DNA of 64,000 nt from Haliotis rufescens (taxonomy: Eukaryota): positions 44,702,001-44,766,000 of the forward strand of contig NW_025964223.1 in assembly GCF_023055435.1 (NCBI RefSeq), read 5' to 3'. The notes beneath the pieces were generated by a model. It made no database searches, was not told the origin of the DNA, and was given only the letters and a program-made list of their open reading frames with translations. This document shows, piece by piece, positions 63,501 through 64,000 of the stretch; the stretch's first letter is position 1; every line of letters begins with the position of its first letter. The position numbers were made by a program, and so were the translations under genes.

Positions 63501-63972
63501 GACATCATGGTACGATGATTTATATTTTTAACTAATGTGCAGACATATAATATATGAGTGATTGTGTAAACGGTATGCAAATATATAACGTCAATAATCG
63601 AAACAGATTCCATTGGGCGTATAATTTAAAAAAGAAATTATATGAATGAATCACTAAAAATCAGGGTAAGAGGGTAAGTATGTCCTGCACTTCCGGTAAC
63701 AATCAGCAATACTAAGGCTATGTTTCCATGGCCTGAAGACCCGCCAAACCAGTGACTGAAAGGGAACTGAGCAATTAACCAGTCTGTTGGAGTTACATGC
63801 CGGAAAGTCGGCCAAATCACAGCCTCACGAGTCGACTTGTTGTAAAAGGTGCATAAAACATCATTATATTTATTTGCGCAATGCCTTTGTCTTTCTTAGG
63901 AAAAAGTCAAGTTCCAATCAAGTGGCAGCTGCCCCAAGTTCTGCCAACGGTCTGATCAACGTCAGCCTATAA
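45501..63972 (+). CDS. Uncharacterised type I membrane glycoprotein, about 843 aa: signal peptide, 4 x (8-Cys domain + mucin-like linker), TM helix, short tail
   Basis: 15 GT-AG exons: 45501-45567 (signal MDTGLTTALLLCLLLSHCFVIQG), 47552-47584, 48334-48669, 51587-51733, 52696-52728, 53655-53990, 54830-55045, 55430-55462, 55747-56079, 59478-59702, 59950-59982, 60273-60605, 61472-61729, 63320-63395 (TM VSIIVVTAFGIVVLLTIIMVIA), 63900-63972 (..GLINVSL*). Total 2532 nt, in frame with no internal stop. Confidence 0.85.
45725..47265. repeat. 62-bp minisatellite in receptor intron 1 (about 25 units)
   Basis: Unit accctgtcttcagcagtgttgattcatatatttatgatatgatatcatataagttggactaa. Confidence 0.95.
48995..51215. 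repeat. 24-bp minisatellite in receptor intron 3 (about 90 units)
   Basis: Unit gacatctatacccagtagagtgta; produces LLGIDVYT-type pseudo-ORFs. Confidence 0.95.
52067..52331 (-). mobile_element. Full-length non-tRNA-headed SINE-like element
   Basis: 5' end GACCCGTGAAGA, (AAAC)n tail, TSD agagtatttg/atagtatttg (1 mismatch). Older copies at 52760-53015, 47860-48100, 9515-9760 and 20220-20450. Confidence 0.85.
57504..58959 (+). mobile_element. Near full-length Tc1-like transposon with frameshifted transposase (57798-about 58760)
   Basis: TIRs ctgacacgcaaaagaaacgcaagt / acttgcgtttcttttgtgtgtgag with TA on both sides; MPRL..QRNQAIG.L.AG.S...VA.HF, DDLPRS.RPR.TT.RQDR, WRRVFFSDESRF, DNARPHVAR, PDLNPIQHLWDEL. 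Confidence 0.92.
62299..63181 (+). mobile_element. Degenerate mariner-like element
   Basis: TIR ends TA-cgacgggtgatt / attcacccctcg-TA; remnants MDKLEERAV.K.L, VMADRRL, KAKTVLSA.QIMASVFWD..DVITVD.LPKDQT. Confidence 0.8.
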
Positions 63973-64000
63973 CTGGACACAGGAACAAACAAGGACATGA

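Overview
Eukaryotic (invertebrate, very probably molluscan and abalone-like) genomic DNA: AT-rich, intron-containing, repeat-dense, with one 223-N gap (44336-44558). Splicing exons by hand (GT-AG, phase-checked) gives five intact plus-strand genes. (1) A tandem cluster of four secreted, 5-exon, perlucin-like C-type lectins: A1 1984-5737, B1 8927-10802, A2 14633-19506, A3 24351-28819. Their sugar-binding triplets all differ (EPD/EPA/EPQ/EPN), three carry an extra CxTC loop, all end in G-x-[LI]-[VI]-G-stop, and decayed paralog remnants lie between them. (2) A complete 15-exon, about 843-aa type I membrane protein (45501-63972): signal peptide, four copies of an unrecognised ~128-aa 8-Cys domain each followed by a Thr/Ser/Pro mucin-like linker, one TM helix and a 27-aa tail. 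This receptor is the most novel-looking element. The remainder is Tc1/mariner transposons, MITE/foldback elements, several SINE families sharing one 3' tail, Penelope-like retroelement debris, and 48-, 62- and 24-bp minisatellites that generate most of the long spurious ORFs. No database searches were possible, so family assignments rest on motif recognition.
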